Shown piece after piece: positions 30,700-43,881 of a stretch of DNA of 64,000 nucleotides (position 1 is the stretch's first letter; each line of letters starts with the position of its first letter). Below the pieces are notes generated by a model. It was not told the origin of the DNA. It saw only the letters and a list, made by a program, of their open reading frames with translations, and ran no database searches. Where the stretch lies: contig JBJBEO010000001.1 of NCBI GenBank assembly GCA_047284725.1, forward strand, positions 2,424,203-2,488,202. The letters run 5' to 3'. Source of the DNA: Synechococcus sp. GTDB taxonomy: Bacteria > Cyanobacteriota > Cyanobacteriia > PCC-6307 > Cyanobiaceae. The position numbers and the translations under genes were made by a program.

Positions 30700-31171
30700 C
30701 TCGCATCAGCACTTGGCCAAATTCCACCGGGGTGCCGTTGTCCACGAGGATTTCGACCACTTCGCCAGCGGCTTCAGCCTCGAGTTCGTTCATCAGCTTC
30801 ATGGCTTCGAGAATGCACACCGTCTGGCCGACGCCAATCCGGGTTCCCACCTCAACAAAGGGCGCCTCACCAGGGGCAGGAGCCCGATAGAAGGTGCCCA
30901 CCATCGGAGCGGTGACATCGACCAGATCCGAACGAGAAGCGGGAACAGCCGGAGGCGGAGTGCTGGGGGCAGCCGCCTGGTGAGACACCTCTAGCGCTGC
31001 CGGAGCGGGTGCCACAGCCGCCACAGGCGCCGCAGCAACGGCTACAGCGGGCAGATTCCGTCTGACTTCAAGTCGGAAATCGTCCCCTTCGAGCCGGAAT
31101 TCCTGAATATCGCTGTCGGAAAGCACCTCCAACAGCCGATGGAGTTGATCGTGATCAAGCTGCATGGTCAT
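30686..31171 (-). CDS. accB: Acetyl-CoA carboxylase biotin carboxyl carrier protein
   Basis: APMVGTFY and EAMKLMNE biotinylation motif. Confidence 0.97.
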   Translation of the reverse strand: MTMQLDHDQLHRLLEVLSDSDIQEFRLEGDDFRLEVRRNLPAVAVAAAPVAAVAPAPAALEVSHQAAAPSTPPPAVPASRSDLVDVTAPMVGTFYRAPAPGEAPFVEVGTRIGVGQTVCILEAMKLMNELEAEAAGEVVEILVDNGTPVEFGQVLMRVKPG

Positions 31172-31731
31172 CCGTTCTCCCGGCCCAGATAGGAATCATT
31201 GCGGGTGTCCACCTTGATTTTCTCTCCAATGGAGAGAAACAGAGGAACCATCACCTGGGCACCGGTCTCCAGGATGGCGGGCTTCGTGCCGCCTGTGGCG
31301 GTATCGCCCTTGACACCCGGGTCGGTCTGGGTGATCTCAAGCACCACCGAATTGGGCAATTCCACTTCCAACGGCCTTTCATTCCAAGACACGACACTCA
31401 CCTCCATCCCTTCCTTGAGGTATTTGCGACTGTCACCGATCTGCTTCGCGGTCAGCCGGGTTTCCTCATAGGTGGACATATCCATGAAGACGTAGTCCTC
31501 ACCTTCCATGTAGGTGTGCTGAAGCGTCGTCTTCTCGAGGATGGCCTGGGGAACCATCTCGCCAGCGCGGAAGGTCTTCTCCACCACGTTGCCGCTCTGC
31601 ACAGCCTTGAGCTTGGTGCGAACGAACGCGGAGCCCTTACCGGGTTTCACGTGCAGAAATTCGACAACACGCCAGACGGCACCGTCGAGTTCGATGCTGG
31701 TGCCGGTGCGAAAGTCGTTGCTGGAGATCAT
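31168..31731 (-). CDS. efp: Elongation factor P
   Basis: [20 protein letters not shown]. Confidence 0.98.
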   Translation of the reverse strand: MISSNDFRTGTSIELDGAVWRVVEFLHVKPGKGSAFVRTKLKAVQSGNVVEKTFRAGEMVPQAILEKTTLQHTYMEGEDYVFMDMSTYEETRLTAKQIGDSRKYLKEGMEVSVVSWNERPLEVELPNSVVLEITQTDPGVKGDTATGGTKPAILETGAQVMVPLFLSIGEKIKVDTRNDSYLGRENG

Positions 31732-31795
31732 TCCGGCTGGACGGTTCAGGGGATCATAGGGCTGTGCCAAAGTCCAGCCAGCACCTGGCTTCCCC

Positions 31796-32869
31796 ATGGC
31801 CCATCAGCGTCTTGCCGCTCTGCTGGTCGCACTGATCGCATCGCTCGGCTTCCTCGCAGCCAAACCGGCCCACGCCGGCCTGCCCCAGGGCAATGCTGTC
31901 AAGGATCCTGCTGCGATCCTGCGCGATGCGCTCCCCTTTGAACAGGAGGATTTGCGCGATCTCCAACATCGACTGGAAGGCACCAGTGATGATCTACGGG
32001 CTAAACGCTGGAGCGCTCTGGGCCGCTCCGTGAATCGCAGCCAGGCCCTGCTCACCAACAGCCGCAACACAATCCTCAACGCCATGCCGGCCGCGGAACA
32101 AGCTCAGGCGAATTCTCTTCTGGATGCCGTGACGGAGGGAATCAGCGCCATGCAGATCGAGGTGGAAGACCAGGACAAAGCCGAGTTCATTCAGATGCGG
32201 CGCAACACGCTGGCCAGGATCGGCGATCTTGAAGCCCTTCTCACCGACGACACAATCCCTGCCATCCCCGTTGAATTCGACGCCCTGCCAAGACTGGAAG
32301 GACGCGCCACCGTCGCGATCAGCACGACTCAAGGCGATCTCACCGCCGTGGTGGATGGCTACAACGCACCACTGACGGCCGGTGCGTTCATCGATCTGAG
32401 CCTGAAGGGTTTCTACGACGGACTGCCATTCATTCGCGCCGAAGATTTCTACATCCTCCAGACCGGCGATCCTGAAGGCCCGGACATCGGTTACATCGAC
32501 CCCCGAACGAAACAGGAGCGCCATGTGCCCCTGGAGATCCGTGTACCCGGCGAAGAGGAGACCTTCTACAACCAGACCTTCGAAGACGTCGGTCTTTACA
32601 AAGCCACTCCCACCCTTCCTTTCGCCACCCTCGGCACCTTGGGATGGGCCCACTCTGACCAGGATCTGGGCGACGGTTCCTCTCAGTTCTTCATGTTTCT
32701 CTACGAGGCCGAGCTGACTCCCGCCGGCCTCAACCTTGTGGATGGCCGCAACGCTGCTTTCGGTTATGTCGTGGATGGCTTCGACGTGCTCGAGGAACTT
32801 GGCGTCGACGACCGCATCGTGACCATCAAGGTGTTGGAGGGCGGCGATCGCCTCCAAGCTCACGCCTGA
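31796..32869 (+). CDS. Cyclophilin-type peptidyl-prolyl isomerase (TLP40/CYP38-like)
   Basis: Signal peptide, helical N-domain, [28 protein letters not shown]. Confidence 0.9.
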   Translation: MAHQRLAALLVALIASLGFLAAKPAHAGLPQGNAVKDPAAILRDALPFEQEDLRDLQHRLEGTSDDLRAKRWSALGRSVNRSQALLTNSRNTILNAMPAAEQAQANSLLDAVTEGISAMQIEVEDQDKAEFIQMRRNTLARIGDLEALLTDDTIPAIPVEFDALPRLEGRATVAISTTQGDLTAVVDGYNAPLTAGAFIDLSLKGFYDGLPFIRAEDFYILQTGDPEGPDIGYIDPRTKQERHVPLEIRVPGEEETFYNQTFEDVGLYKATPTLPFATLGTLGWAHSDQDLGDGSSQFFMFLYEAELTPAGLNLVDGRNAAFGYVVDGFDVLEELGVDDRIVTIKVLEGGDRLQAHA

Positions 32870-32879
32870 CGGAGTTGAT

Positions 32880-33866
32880 GTGACTGACACTCTGCAGTCA
32901 CTCGGGGAGGCCGAGCTGCTCAGGAGGCTGGCACGATTCGCGCCAGCAGGACAGCTCGACGATGACACCGCCACCTTGCCGGCAACACCGTCTCCAAACC
33001 TGATCAACACCGACGTGCTGGTGGAGGGTGTTCACTTCAGCGATACCACCACAAGCCCGGAGGATGTGGGCTGGCGGGCAGCGGCGATGAACCTTTCGGA
33101 CCTGGCGGGCAGCGGCTCCGGCACGGTGGTGGGCGTCACGATTGGACTGGTGGCGCCCGGCGACACACCCTGGAGCTGGGTGGAAGGTGTGTATCAGGGT
33201 CTCAGTGCAGCCCTCAATCGCTTCGGGGGCGTGCTCCTGGGTGGCGATTGTTCGGGTGGTCGTCAACGCATTCTGGCAGTCACGGCCATCGGCAGGCTCG
33301 GCCCCCTGCGACTGCTGCGCAACCAGGCCAGACCGGGCGACACAATCGTCGTGAGCGGACCCCATGGACTGAGCCGTCTTGGTCTCGCGCTGCTCAAGAA
33401 AGATCCGGCCATCGAGACGCTGACTCTGCCCCATGAACTTGCGCAAACTGCGATCCAGTGCCATCAGCGTCCTGAACCGCGGCTCGAGGCCCTGCATCAG
33501 CTGATCGGCTGCAAGCCAGAAGGCTTGCCCTGGAGGGCCGGCGGCACAGACAGCAGCGATGGTCTGCAACAGGCCCTAAGGCTGCTCAGTGAGGCCAGCG
33601 ACTGTCGGATCCTTCTCGACCCGACCGCACTCCCGGTGCACGCTCTGTGGCCCAGCGGATCCTTGCCTGCGGACTGGTGCCTGAACGGCGGCGAAGATTT
33701 TGAGCTGGTGCTCAGCCTGCCGGACTCCTGGGCGAGGGCCTTTCTCAACGACGTGCCCGAAAGCCGCTGCATCGGAAACGTGATCAGTGGAAAGCCATCC
33801 GTGTGTTGGCAGAACGGCTCAGAACTCAGCAGCGGTGATGAATTTCAGCATTTCACCGCTCCATAA
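32880..33866 (+). CDS. thiL: Thiamine-monophosphate kinase
   Basis: GEAELL, DDTA, TDVLVEGVHF, NLSDLA, DSSDGL, GGEDFEL. Confidence 0.95.
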   Translation: MTDTLQSLGEAELLRRLARFAPAGQLDDDTATLPATPSPNLINTDVLVEGVHFSDTTTSPEDVGWRAAAMNLSDLAGSGSGTVVGVTIGLVAPGDTPWSWVEGVYQGLSAALNRFGGVLLGGDCSGGRQRILAVTAIGRLGPLRLLRNQARPGDTIVVSGPHGLSRLGLALLKKDPAIETLTLPHELAQTAIQCHQRPEPRLEALHQLIGCKPEGLPWRAGGTDSSDGLQQALRLLSEASDCRILLDPTALPVHALWPSGSLPADWCLNGGEDFELVLSLPDSWARAFLNDVPESRCIGNVISGKPSVCWQNGSELSSGDEFQHFTAP

Positions 33867-33893
33867 AAAACCCCTTCCGGATCACGGAAGGGG
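33865..33893 (-). terminator. Rho-independent terminator of gap2
   Basis: 9-bp stem CCCCTTCCG/CGGAAGGGG, 5-nt loop, A6 at 33865-33870 (U-tract on the minus strand); between convergent thiL and gap. Confidence 0.85.
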
Positions 33894-33934
33894 GCGATCA
33901 AACCATCAAGCCCTTGCAAAGGGGCTGTGAAGAC

Positions 33935-34960
33935 TCACTTCCAGTTGCTGGCAACAACTTCAGCCAGATCAACCACACGCTGGCTGTAACCCCACTCGTT
34001 GTCGTACCAAGCCACAATCTTGAAGAAGTTGTCACCCATCGAGAGGGTGAGATCAGCATCAAAAATGGTGGACTGATTGGTGCCGGCGTAGTCGCTGGAA
34101 ACGAGAGGAAGATCGCCGTACTTGATGATCTTGTTCATCGGACCATCAGCAGCTGCCCTGATGATCGACTTGATTTCATCGACTGACGAGGCGCGGGAGG
34201 ACTCGAACACCAGGTCAACCGCAGACACATTCGGGGTTGGAACGCGCATGGCGATACCGGTGAATTTGCCCTTCACCGCGGGGTAAACCAGTGCTACGGC
34301 CTGAGCAGCACCCGTGGAGGTGGGAACCATGTTCACGGCGGCGGCGCGGGCGCGACGCAGGTCTCGGTGGTTGTTATCCAGGATGCGCTGGTCACCGGTG
34401 TAGCTGTGAATGGTGGTCATCAGACCCCGATTGATCCCGATCGACTGATCGATCACCTTCACCAGCGGAGCCAGGCAGTTGGTGGTGCAGCTGGCGTTGC
34501 TGAGGATGTCCCAGTCCTCGTGGCGGTACTGATCTTCATTCACGCCCACTACGAAGGTTCCGACCTTCGGACCTTTGCCAGGGGCGGTGAGAATCACCTT
34601 CTTGGCACCGGCCTGGATGTGCATGCTGGCCTTCTCATCAGTGTTGAACACACCGGTGGACTCGAGCACCAGATCAACACCCCACTCTTTCCATGGGCAG
34701 TTGAGGGGGTTGCGGTCGGAGAAGAACTTGACTTCCTTGCCATTGACGATCATCGAGTCGTCAGTGGTCTCAATCTTCACGCTGGGGTCGAGCTTGCCCA
34801 GGATTGAGTCGTAGGTCAGCAGGTGAGCACTCGTCTTGGGATCGGAGGTGGCGTTCACGCCCACGATCTCGATGCCTGTGTCAGCACCACGACTGATCCA
34901 ACCCCGCATCACATTGCGACCGATCCGGCCGAATCCATTGATCGCAACGCGCAGGGTCAT
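33935..34960 (-). CDS. gap2: Glyceraldehyde-3-phosphate dehydrogenase (type I, Gap2-like)
   Basis: [38 protein letters not shown]. Confidence 0.95.
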   Translation of the reverse strand: MTLRVAINGFGRIGRNVMRGWISRGADTGIEIVGVNATSDPKTSAHLLTYDSILGKLDPSVKIETTDDSMIVNGKEVKFFSDRNPLNCPWKEWGVDLVLESTGVFNTDEKASMHIQAGAKKVILTAPGKGPKVGTFVVGVNEDQYRHEDWDILSNASCTTNCLAPLVKVIDQSIGINRGLMTTIHSYTGDQRILDNNHRDLRRARAAAVNMVPTSTGAAQAVALVYPAVKGKFTGIAMRVPTPNVSAVDLVFESSRASSVDEIKSIIRAAADGPMNKIIKYGDLPLVSSDYAGTNQSTIFDADLTLSMGDNFFKIVAWYDNEWGYSQRVVDLAEVVASNWK

Positions 34961-34998
34961 AACAACAGCGGATCTACCGCAACGGGGTTTGGCCGCAG

Positions 34999-35004
34999 AT
35001 CATA
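34999..35004 (-). promoter_or_regulatory. Putative -10 element for gap2
   Basis: TATGAT on the minus strand about 40 nt upstream of the ATG. Confidence 0.45.
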
Positions 35005-35178
35005 CAGAAATTGGGCTTTACTCTCTTCCCGAAGCGTCAAATCCTCTCCGCAAAGCATCCATGACGCGGGAGACGGATGCCGCCATAGCTCCCAGTCAGG
35101 ATGAACTGATGAAAAGCGTGTCGATGGCACGCTCGCATCCCAGAGCTGACCTATCTTTCAGGCCCACAGTTCAACCCC

Positions 35179-36630
35179 TTGGCCAGTCCGCTCAGCCACC
35201 AGAAACCCATCCACTTCATTGGCATCGGCGGCATCGGCATGTCAGCGCTGGCCAAGATCCTGGCCAAGCGCGGCCATCAGGTTTCAGGCTCTGAGCCGAG
35301 GCCGTCGCCGATCGTTGAGCAATTGAGCCAGTTGGGTATCTCGGTGTTCCCTGAGCAGGTGGCTGCAACGATCGACCAACTCGTGACACGCGACGGTCTT
35401 CTGCCCCAGGTGGTGGTGAGTACAGCCATTCCTGAACACAACCCCGAGCTGGTAGCCGCCAAAGCGCACAATCTCGAGGTGCTGCATCGTTCCGATGTGC
35501 TGGCAGCCCTGATCGACGATCAGCCCGCGATCGCCGTCGCCGGCAGTCACGGCAAAACCACCACCAGCACCGTGATCACCACACTGCTGGAGGCGGTCGG
35601 AGAAGACCCCACAGCCGTGATCGGAGGAGTTGTGCCTTGCTACGGCAGCAATGGCCATGCTGGCAATGGGCGACTGCTGGTGGCCGAAGCCGACGAATCG
35701 GATGGGTCCCTGGTCAAGTTTTCGGCACACCTGGGGGTGATCACCAACCTCGAACTCGACCACACCGATCACTACGCCGGGCTCGACGACCTGATCGCCA
35801 CCCTGCAACGCTTCGGGGCGGGTTGCCAGATGCTGCTCGCCAACCACGACGATCCAATCCTCAGGGAGCACTTTGACGCCAGTGCCTGGTGGTCGGTGAG
35901 CAATCCGGAAGGAGTGACCTATGCCAGTCTGCCGGTGGCCTTGGACGGTGACCGCACCGAAGCTGACTTTTACGAAAACGGTGTTCTGATGGGGCGCATC
36001 TCCCTACCGATGCCGGGCCTGCACAATCTCAGCAATGCCACCGCCGCCATTGCCGCCTGCCGCATAGAAGGTGTGCCCTTCGAGCGTTTGCAGCATGGCC
36101 TGAGCCAACTGCGTCCACCCGGTCGACGCTTCGACTACCGGGGAACCTGGCAGGGCCGTCAGATCGTGGACGACTACGCCCATCACCCCAGTGAAGTGCG
36201 CGCCACACTTGAGATGGCTGAACTGATGGTGACCAGCGGACGCAGCCCTCTGCCCAAAGCCCCCCAGCGCTTGATGGTGGTGTTTCAACCCCATCGCTAC
36301 AGCCGCACGCAGGAATTCCTCGACGACTTCGCCAAAGCTCTGAGCACTGCTCAAACGGTGCTGGTGGCACCGATTTATTCCGCCGGTGAAGCCCCGATCA
36401 GCGGCATCAGCAGCCACACACTGGCAGAAGCCCTGCAACGCCTCGCTCCCGATCGCAATGTGATGGTGGCTGACAGCATGGACCAACTCGCGGCCCTGGT
36501 GCAGGAACACAGCAAACCTGATGATCTGGTGCTCGCGATGGGAGCCGGGGATGTGAACAGTCTTTGGAACCGTCTCTGCCCGCAGGAAGAAACAAAAACG
36601 ACATCCCCAACGTCTTCGCTGGCAGCCTGA
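35179..36630 (+). CDS. murC: UDP-N-acetylmuramate--L-alanine ligase
   Basis: [32 protein letters not shown]. Confidence 0.97.
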   Translation: MASPLSHQKPIHFIGIGGIGMSALAKILAKRGHQVSGSEPRPSPIVEQLSQLGISVFPEQVAATIDQLVTRDGLLPQVVVSTAIPEHNPELVAAKAHNLEVLHRSDVLAALIDDQPAIAVAGSHGKTTTSTVITTLLEAVGEDPTAVIGGVVPCYGSNGHAGNGRLLVAEADESDGSLVKFSAHLGVITNLELDHTDHYAGLDDLIATLQRFGAGCQMLLANHDDPILREHFDASAWWSVSNPEGVTYASLPVALDGDRTEADFYENGVLMGRISLPMPGLHNLSNATAAIAACRIEGVPFERLQHGLSQLRPPGRRFDYRGTWQGRQIVDDYAHHPSEVRATLEMAELMVTSGRSPLPKAPQRLMVVFQPHRYSRTQEFLDDFAKALSTAQTVLVAPIYSAGEAPISGISSHTLAEALQRLAPDRNVMVADSMDQLAALVQEHSKPDDLVLAMGAGDVNSLWNRLCPQEETKTTSPTSSLAA

Positions 36631-37562
36631 TGGCTGATCTCGACCCATCACTGCTCAGACCTCAGGTGTCCCTGGCCGACTACACCACCTGGCGGGTCGG
36701 CGGACCAGCCGAATGGCTCGCAGAACCCACTCAGCTCGATCAACTGAATGATCTGATTGCCTGGGCCCAGCAACACCACCTCCCCTGGCGAGTGATTGGA
36801 GCAGGCTCCAACCTGCTGATCAGTGATGCGGGCCTGCCAGGTCTCACCCTCTGCCTGCGCAAACTCCAAGGCGTCGAGCTCGACCGCAACAACGGAGTGG
36901 TTGAAGCCCTGGCGGGCGAACCGATTCCCACCCTGGCCCGACAGGCCGCACGGGCTGGACTGCTCGGGCTGGAATGGGCCGTGGGAATTCCTGGCACGGT
37001 GGGCGGAGCTGCCGTCATGAATGCCGGAGCCCAGGGGGGCTGCACAGCCGAACGCCTGATCTCGGTGACTGTCATCGACCCGTCAGGAGGGGAGGGAACG
37101 TCCGCAACGGAACGTACGCTCACCAACGCCGAGCTCGACTTTTCCTACAGGCATAGCTGCCTGCAGGACAGCAACCTCATCGTGATCTCCGCTCGCTTCC
37201 AGCTTGAGCCAGGCCATGATCCTGCCGAACTCAGCCGCATCACCAGCGGCAACCTCACCCATCGCACCACCAGCCAGCCGTACCAATGGCCGAGCTGTGG
37301 CAGCGTGTTTCGCAACCCTGAACCTCACAAGGCTGGACAGTTAATCGAAGCTCTGGGTTTGAAGGGCCGTTGCATTGGTGGTGCAGAAGTCTCCCCAGTG
37401 CACGCCAATTTCATCGTCAACACCGGCAAGGCCACCGCCACTGACATCGTCAACCTCATCGCCCTGTTGCAGGACGAAGTACGGCACAGCCATGGCATCA
37501 ACCTGCACCCAGAGGTCAAACGCCTTGGCTTTCCCGTCGAAGGTCTGGCAGAAAACGCTTAA
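36630..37562 (+). CDS. murB: UDP-N-acetylenolpyruvoylglucosamine reductase
   Basis: [42 protein letters not shown] overlap with murC. Confidence 0.96.
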   Translation: MADLDPSLLRPQVSLADYTTWRVGGPAEWLAEPTQLDQLNDLIAWAQQHHLPWRVIGAGSNLLISDAGLPGLTLCLRKLQGVELDRNNGVVEALAGEPIPTLARQAARAGLLGLEWAVGIPGTVGGAAVMNAGAQGGCTAERLISVTVIDPSGGEGTSATERTLTNAELDFSYRHSCLQDSNLIVISARFQLEPGHDPAELSRITSGNLTHRTTSQPYQWPSCGSVFRNPEPHKAGQLIEALGLKGRCIGGAEVSPVHANFIVNTGKATATDIVNLIALLQDEVRHSHGINLHPEVKRLGFPVEGLAENA

Positions 37563-37586
37563 CCTGCCCGTTCTCCTCAAGGCATC

Positions 37587-37928
37587 ATGGCAGGGTTCGG
37601 ACTTCCCAATTTCGGACAACTCACTGAAGCGTTCCGCAAAGCTCAGCAGATTCAGCAGGACGCTCAAAAACTGCAGGAAGAGCTTGATGCCATGGAGATC
37701 GAGGGGAGCAGCGACGACGGCCGCGCCAGCATCTGGCTGTCAGGCAACCAACAGCCCCTGCGGGTCAAACTGGATCCGTCTCTGCTCGCCGAAGGCCAGG
37801 ACGCCTGCGAGGCGGCCACCCTGGCTGCCCTGCAATCGGCCTATGAACGCTCCACCGGCACCATGAAGGAACGCATGCAGGAGCTCACTGGGGGACTCGA
37901 TCTCAACCTCCCCGGCATGGGCGGCTGA
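37587..37928 (+). CDS. YbaB/EbfC nucleoid-associated protein
   Basis: [15 protein letters not shown] helix and MQELTGGL tail. Confidence 0.9.
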   Translation: MAGFGLPNFGQLTEAFRKAQQIQQDAQKLQEELDAMEIEGSSDDGRASIWLSGNQQPLRVKLDPSLLAEGQDACEAATLAALQSAYERSTGTMKERMQELTGGLDLNLPGMGG

Positions 37929-38802
37929 GCCCCAGGAGCTCCTCTACGGCACGCCGGTAAATCCCGTACCGCTCCCAATCACGGCTGACACCGCAACCGG
38001 GCTCATCGCGGTGAAGGCAATCTCGGAAACGGCAGGGATGGGGATCAAGCTGCCGACGGAGCTCGGGAAACAACACCTCCAGGTTGTACACCTCAGCGGG
38101 GAGATCCGGACGGTTAAATCCCGGAGTGTCAGCTACACGCGCATCGGGCCCAAGGGGGTGGAGCTCCACATGCCGAGTGGTGTGACGTCCCTTCTGTAGG
38201 CGACCAGACACGGCACCCACCCGCAATGACAACTGGGGCAGGAGATGGTTGAGGAGCGAGCTCTTTCCCACGCCAGAGGGGCCACAGAGCACCGAGAGGG
38301 CTTCCCCCTGGAGCAGAGCTCTGAGGGGCTCCATCCCTTCACCAGTCGCTGATGACACGGCCAGCGGGGCATAACCCCAGCCCTCCAGTCGCTGCACCAG
38401 AGCCCGCCGCTCCTCGGAGGGCAGCAGATCACACTTCGTGAGCAACACCCTCACAGCCAGACCGGTCTGCTCGGCAGTGAGCAAAAAACGACTGGCCTGA
38501 TCAGGATCAAACGTGGGCTGCTCCATCGCAAAAGCCACCACAACGGCGGTGACATTGGCCACAGGCGGACGGGAAAGCCAGCTGTGCCTCGGTTCAACAT
38601 CAGCAACCACGGCACGGCCCTGCCGATGATCCATCGCCTCCACCCACACCCGATCCCCCACATGCACGGCCGCTCCGCGGTGGTTGAGACGGGTTCGCCG
38701 CGTGCAGAGGAACCGTTTGGCCTGATGAGGAGGATCCAACTCAACCTCGAGGTAGTTGGCCTGAAGAGCCACCACCATGCCCCTGGCTCGAAGGTCAGCC
38801 AC
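37903..38802 (-). CDS. rsgA: Small ribosomal subunit biogenesis GTPase
   Basis: Permuted GTPase order [31 protein letters not shown]...C zinc site. Confidence 0.95.
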   Translation of the reverse strand: MADLRARGMVVALQANYLEVELDPPHQAKRFLCTRRTRLNHRGAAVHVGDRVWVEAMDHRQGRAVVADVEPRHSWLSRPPVANVTAVVVAFAMEQPTFDPDQASRFLLTAEQTGLAVRVLLTKCDLLPSEERRALVQRLEGWGYAPLAVSSATGEGMEPLRALLQGEALSVLCGPSGVGKSSLLNHLLPQLSLRVGAVSGRLQKGRHTTRHVELHPLGPDARVADTPGFNRPDLPAEVYNLEVLFPELRRQLDPHPCRFRDCLHRDEPGCGVSRDWERYGIYRRAVEELLGLSRPCRGG

Positions 38803-39043
38803 CTCCGCAGGTCACCTTCAGGGAAATCCAGGCATCTTCACCCGCCTCAACGCATACCTGATGACCGTCCTGCTCCAAACCGGGCAACACCATGGCTTCC
38901 GGCTCCCCACGATCCAAGAGCACCGTGAGGATCTGCCCAGGTGCCATCGACTCGAGCGTGAGGCGACAGCGAATGAAATTCACCGGACAGGGAGTGCCGC
39001 GAAGATCAAGATGCTGATCAGACGTTGGGGATCTCACCCTCAA
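38795..39043 (-). CDS. Sulfurtransferase TusA-family protein
   Basis: LDLRGTPCP motif. Confidence 0.85.
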   Translation of the reverse strand: MRVRSPTSDQHLDLRGTPCPVNFIRCRLTLESMAPGQILTVLLDRGEPEAMVLPGLEQDGHQVCVEAGEDAWISLKVTCGGG

Positions 39044-40176
39044 CCCTGACCAAACAGACGAGCAAACAATCCACTCTTGTGGTGATGATGCTGCTCGCCG
39101 CGGGCGGAATGATGGCCAGCCAATTGCTCCAGCAAGGTGCGCTCCTCGTCGTTGAGCCGGGTGGGGAGCTGAACAGCCACGTTGATGCGTTGATTGCCGC
39201 GTGCCACAGGATTACCGAGCTTTGGTATGCCCTTGTTCTCCAGAGTGAGAACAGCATTGGGCTGCGTGCCTGCGGGAATCTCCAATGTGGTGGGACCGTC
39301 GACGGTCTCCACCTCAATGGTGTCACCGAGGATCGCCTGCAGATAACTCACCTTCACATCCGAAAGAACGGTGAGACCATCCCTGCGAAGGGTGGGATGG
39401 GATTTAACGGTGAGGAACACGTAAAGGTCGCCGGACGGACCACCCCTGAGGCCAGCATTGCCTTCACCAGCCACGCGGAGTCGCGTGCCTGAATCGACAC
39501 CGGCCGGGATGTTGATGCGCAGCTTCTTGCGCACCTGGTTCACCCCCTGTCCTCCACAGGCTGTACAGGGATCGGCGATCACCTGACCACTTCCATCACA
39601 ACTGGGGCATTCCGCCACCTGAGTGAAGTTACCGAAGGGCGTACGCGTCGCTCGCCGCACCTGGCCCACGCCACCGCAGGTGGAGCACGTGGTGGGACCA
39701 CTGCCTGATTTGGCACCACTGCCGTTGCAGGTGGTGCAGGTCTCCAGATGAGGAATACGAATTTCCCGCTCCTGGCCGAAGACGGCTTGATCAAAATCGA
39801 TCGTCAGATCAAAGCGGAGATCGTCCCCCTGCTGGGGACCTCGACGACGCTGGCGCCCGGCACTGCCTGCGCCTCCTGCACCGCCGAAACCACTGAAGAA
39901 GGTTTCAAAGAGATCAGAAAAGCCGCCCATGTCGCCCATATCGGGCATACCGGCAGCGCCTCCCAAGCCAGCCTCACCGAACTGGTCGTAACGAGCTTTG
40001 GTCTGAGGATCGCTGAGAACCTCATAGGCGCGACCGATTTCCTTGAACCGATCCTCTGCCCCAGGATCCTTGTTGATATCTGGGTGATACTGGCGAGCGA
40101 GGCGCCTGTAGGCGCGTTTAAGCGTGTCAGCATCGGCGTCACGACTGACGCCGAGAAGGTCGTAATAATCGGCCAT
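39040..40176 (-). CDS. dnaJ: Chaperone DnaJ
   Basis: J domain with HPD, G/F region, four CxxCxGxG repeats. Confidence 0.98.
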   Translation of the reverse strand: MADYYDLLGVSRDADADTLKRAYRRLARQYHPDINKDPGAEDRFKEIGRAYEVLSDPQTKARYDQFGEAGLGGAAGMPDMGDMGGFSDLFETFFSGFGGAGGAGSAGRQRRRGPQQGDDLRFDLTIDFDQAVFGQEREIRIPHLETCTTCNGSGAKSGSGPTTCSTCGGVGQVRRATRTPFGNFTQVAECPSCDGSGQVIADPCTACGGQGVNQVRKKLRINIPAGVDSGTRLRVAGEGNAGLRGGPSGDLYVFLTVKSHPTLRRDGLTVLSDVKVSYLQAILGDTIEVETVDGPTTLEIPAGTQPNAVLTLENKGIPKLGNPVARGNQRINVAVQLPTRLNDEERTLLEQLAGHHSARGEQHHHHKSGLFARLFGQG

Positions 40177-40222
40177 CAGCTCGTCATCGCGTTCAACACC
40201 CTAAGGGCCAACCCGGGGGGGC

Positions 40223-40969
40223 TCAGCCCTCCTCATGGTTGGGTTCTCCCTCCATGGCCTCTGCGGCAATTTCGCCAGGATCAGCGCTGTCGGCTCCCGA
40301 TGGGGCCGCAGCAGCCCCCTGGGGGCCGGGCCCCATCGACACCTTGACCATGGCATGGCGAAGGACCCGGCCGTTGAGGTGATAACCCCGCTGCAGCTCT
40401 TCAATCACCACATCCTCGTGGTGCTCCTCACTGGGTTCGCGCAAAACCGCTTCGTGGAGGGTCGGATCAAACTCCTGACCCTCCACGCGCATCGGCGCAA
40501 CACCAAGTTGCTTGAGCACGTCCACCAGTTGCTTATAGAGACCCTGATAACTGCGGTGTAGAGCCTGGGCTTCTTCACCTTCGGGATTGAGTTGCTGACG
40601 AGCACGCTCGAAGTTATCGACCACCGGCAGGATTTCGCTGAGAGTGCTGCAGGTGAGCTGCAGCTTGAGGTCGTCTTGATCCCGACTCTGACGCTTGCGG
40701 AAATTGTCAAAGTCTGCTGCGATGCGCACGTACTGGCTGCGGAGGGTTTCGTGCTCTTCCCTCAGGCTGCTGTGCTCACGCTCAAGCAGCTCAAGCCTGA
40801 CTTCATTGGCGTTGCCTTCTTCGACGGCATCCTCAGCACCCGACCCCCCTACCGCTTCCACCAGCGTCTCAAGGCTGTCTGCGTCTGCCGCAGCCCCAAG
40901 CCCCTGACTGGAGTCGACAGCGGCGGACTCATGGGCTGAAGAAGCAGAAGAAGAAGGATCGCCGCTCAT
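40223..40969 (-). CDS. grpE: Nucleotide exchange factor GrpE
   Basis: [38 protein letters not shown]. Confidence 0.96.
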   Translation of the reverse strand: MSGDPSSSASSAHESAAVDSSQGLGAAADADSLETLVEAVGGSGAEDAVEEGNANEVRLELLEREHSSLREEHETLRSQYVRIAADFDNFRKRQSRDQDDLKLQLTCSTLSEILPVVDNFERARQQLNPEGEEAQALHRSYQGLYKQLVDVLKQLGVAPMRVEGQEFDPTLHEAVLREPSEEHHEDVVIEELQRGYHLNGRVLRHAMVKVSMGPGPQGAAAAPSGADSADPGEIAAEAMEGEPNHEEG

Positions 40970-41076
40970 GCTGACCAGTTGCAGATTCACACCTATACAT
41001 GTTGATAGGTGAAGTTCACCTCCCACAAGCGGCGGAAGCCCGCACCTCCCCTTCCTGCATCCCCTGCCAAGTGCCC

Positions 41077-42780
41077 GTGAGTCAGCCTCAGCGTTTAGTT
41101 CTGGAACTGCTGTTGCAACAGGCGGTTCCTGACACGACCGATGCAGCCAGGAGAGAGCAACTCGTCAAAACACTGGAGTCGAAGGGGCTGCGACCTGATC
41201 AGCACCCGCGGCTGATCACGGTCCTGACAGCTCTTGAAGAGCAGGAAGCGATCAACCAGGAGTGGAACGACACCGATCAGGAAACGTTCAGCGGCGACAA
41301 CAGCTTCGAGTCCTACGAGGGCGCCGACGTGGGAGATGATGCAGACGAGCCAGACGATCTTGAGTCCCTGCTGTCATCTTTCAACAGCACGGGTGTGCTC
41401 GAAGAAGACCCGGAGGAACAGGAACGCCAGGCCGCGGCCCACGAAGACCTCGAGAAGACGTTCCGCGACACCAACGCCTCACCTGTGGTGAATGTGGTGA
41501 ATCGGATCCTGCTGCAATCCCTGCAGCTGGGGGCCAGCGATATTCACGTGGAACCGCAGCAAAACGGCCTGCGGATTCGCTTCCGCCAAGACGGTGTACT
41601 GCAGAGCTACAGCGAGCCCCTTCCGGCCCGCCTGGTGCCAGCAGTGACATCACGTTTCAAGATCATGGCCGACCTCGACATCGCAGAGCGACGCCAGGCC
41701 CAGGACGGACGCATCCGCCGCCGCTTCCGGGAACGGCTCGTGGATTTCAGGGTGAGCAGCCTGCCAAGCCGCTTCGGCGAAAAAATCGTGCTCAGGCTGC
41801 TCGACAGCTCCTCCACGCAGCTTGGTCTCGACAAATTGATCGGTAGCCCCAAAGCGCTCGAGTTGGTTCGCTCGATGGGTTCCAAACCCTTCGGCATGAT
41901 CCTGGTGACGGGACCAACCGGATCGGGCAAATCCACAACCCTCTATTCCCTTCTGGCAGAACGGAATGACCCCGGCATCAACATCTCCACCGTGGAGGAC
42001 CCGATTGAATACACCCTGCCTGGCATCACCCAGTGCCAGGTGAATCGGGAAAAAGGATTCGACTTCAGCACGGCCCTGAGAGCGTTCATGCGCCAGGACC
42101 CTGATGTGCTGCTGGTGGGGGAAACCCGCGATCTTGAAACCGCCAAAACAGCCATCGAGGCGGCCCTGACCGGTCACCTTGTGCTCACGACGCTGCACTG
42201 CAACGATGCCCCCAGCGCCATCGCCCGTCTCGGGGAGATGGGGGTGGAGCCCTTCATGGTGAGCGCCTCTTTAATCGGCATCGTCTCGCAGCGTCTGCTG
42301 CGACGGGTCTGCACACAATGCCGTGAGAGTTACCAACCCGATGCCGCAGAACTGGGCCGGTTCGGACTGGTTGCCAACAAAGAAACCAACGTGCGTTTCT
42401 ATCGTGCTCACCATGACAGTGGATATGGCGAGCCCTGCCCTCGATGCAGAGGCAGTGGATACAAGGGACGCGTGGGGGTCTACGAAGTGTTGCGCATGAA
42501 TGAAGAATTGGCAGCCGCGGTCGCCGATGGCGCAACCACCGACGTGGTGCGCCGCCTGGCTCTGGAATCCAATATGAAAACCTTGCTCGGCTACAGCCTC
42601 GACCTCGTCCGAGACGGACAGACAACACTGGAGGAAGTGGGACGCATGATTCTGACCGACTCAGGATTGGAATCAGAACGACGGGCCAGGGCGCTGAGCA
42701 CCGTCAATTGTCAACAATGTGGTGGCGGAATGGACGATACCTGGCTGGAATGTCCTTACTGTCTCACCCCCCGTCAGTGA
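41077..42780 (+). CDS. pilB: Type IV pilus assembly ATPase (GspE/PulE family)
   Basis: [37 protein letters not shown], tetra-Cys; start uncertain (40999, 41071 or 41077). Confidence 0.93.
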   Translation: MSQPQRLVLELLLQQAVPDTTDAARREQLVKTLESKGLRPDQHPRLITVLTALEEQEAINQEWNDTDQETFSGDNSFESYEGADVGDDADEPDDLESLLSSFNSTGVLEEDPEEQERQAAAHEDLEKTFRDTNASPVVNVVNRILLQSLQLGASDIHVEPQQNGLRIRFRQDGVLQSYSEPLPARLVPAVTSRFKIMADLDIAERRQAQDGRIRRRFRERLVDFRVSSLPSRFGEKIVLRLLDSSSTQLGLDKLIGSPKALELVRSMGSKPFGMILVTGPTGSGKSTTLYSLLAERNDPGINISTVEDPIEYTLPGITQCQVNREKGFDFSTALRAFMRQDPDVLLVGETRDLETAKTAIEAALTGHLVLTTLHCNDAPSAIARLGEMGVEPFMVSASLIGIVSQRLLRRVCTQCRESYQPDAAELGRFGLVANKETNVRFYRAHHDSGYGEPCPRCRGSGYKGRVGVYEVLRMNEELAAAVADGATTDVVRRLALESNMKTLLGYSLDLVRDGQTTLEEVGRMILTDSGLESERRARALSTVNCQQCGGGMDDTWLECPYCLTPRQ

Positions 42781-42790
42781 GGGACCTTCC

Positions 42791-43867
42791 ATGACACTCA
42801 TGATTGAAGACCTGATGGAACAGCTGGTTTCCAAGAACGGGAGCGACCTTCATTTGTCTGCGGGAACTCCTCCGTATGGACGCTTCAGCGGCAATTTGGA
42901 ACCAATGACAGACGAGGCGCTCACGGAGGAAGGATGCAATCGACTGATCTTCTCAATGCTCAACAACAGCCAACGTAAAACGCTGGAACAAACATGGGAA
43001 CTCGATTGTGCGTATGGCCTTAAAGGTATCGCCCGATTTCGCGTGAACGTTTATCGGCAACGAGGTACATATGGAGCATGCTTACGCGCACTTGGCAGCC
43101 ATATTCCAAGCATCACAACACTGAATTTACCGCAGGTCGTTGTGGATACATGCGAAAGACCAAGGGGCTTGGTTCTCGTCACGGGCCCCACCGGATCAGG
43201 GAAAACGACCACCTTGGCAGCCCTTCTTGAACACATCAATCAAACCAGAAATGAGCACATCCTGACAATCGAAGATCCCATCGAATTTACCTACAAAAGC
43301 AATAAAAGCCTTATCCACCAAAGGCAGGTCAACGACGACACACGCAGTTTTTCAAACGCATTGAGAGCTGCGCTTAGAGAAGATCCTGACGTCATCCTCG
43401 TGGGAGAGATGCGTGATCTTGAAACCATTCAGTTAGCCATCACCGCTGCCGAAACAGGCCATCTCGTGTTCGGCACACTTCACACCAGTTCAGCCGCCCA
43501 GACAGTCGATCGGATGGTTGATGTCTTCCCCCCCAGTCAACAGACCCAGATCAGGGTGCAGCTGTCGGGAAGTCTGGTGGCGGTGTTCTCGCAGACACTG
43601 TGCCGTCGCAATAACCCACAGCCCGGTCAGTTCGGACGGGTGATGGCTCAGGAAATTCTGATCAACACTCCAGCAATTGCCAACCTGATCCGAGAAGGAA
43701 AAACGGCACAGCTTTACTCTCAATTGCAAACCGGAGGTGATCTCGGGATGCAGACCCTGGAACGTGCCTTAGCCGACTTACTGCAGGAAGGAGCGATCAG
43801 CTCATCAGAAGCAATGGCCAAGGCCGGGAAACCGGGCGAACTCGAACGACTTCTTGTTGAAAACTGA
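42791..43867 (+). CDS. pilT: Type IV pilus retraction ATPase
   Basis: SDLHL, GPTGSGKTTT, LREDPD, AETGHL, AIANLIRE, GMQT. Confidence 0.96.
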   Translation: MTLMIEDLMEQLVSKNGSDLHLSAGTPPYGRFSGNLEPMTDEALTEEGCNRLIFSMLNNSQRKTLEQTWELDCAYGLKGIARFRVNVYRQRGTYGACLRALGSHIPSITTLNLPQVVVDTCERPRGLVLVTGPTGSGKTTTLAALLEHINQTRNEHILTIEDPIEFTYKSNKSLIHQRQVNDDTRSFSNALRAALREDPDVILVGEMRDLETIQLAITAAETGHLVFGTLHTSSAAQTVDRMVDVFPPSQQTQIRVQLSGSLVAVFSQTLCRRNNPQPGQFGRVMAQEILINTPAIANLIREGKTAQLYSQLQTGGDLGMQTLERALADLLQEGAISSSEAMAKAGKPGELERLLVEN

Positions 43868-43881
43868 GGGAGAGTAACAAT

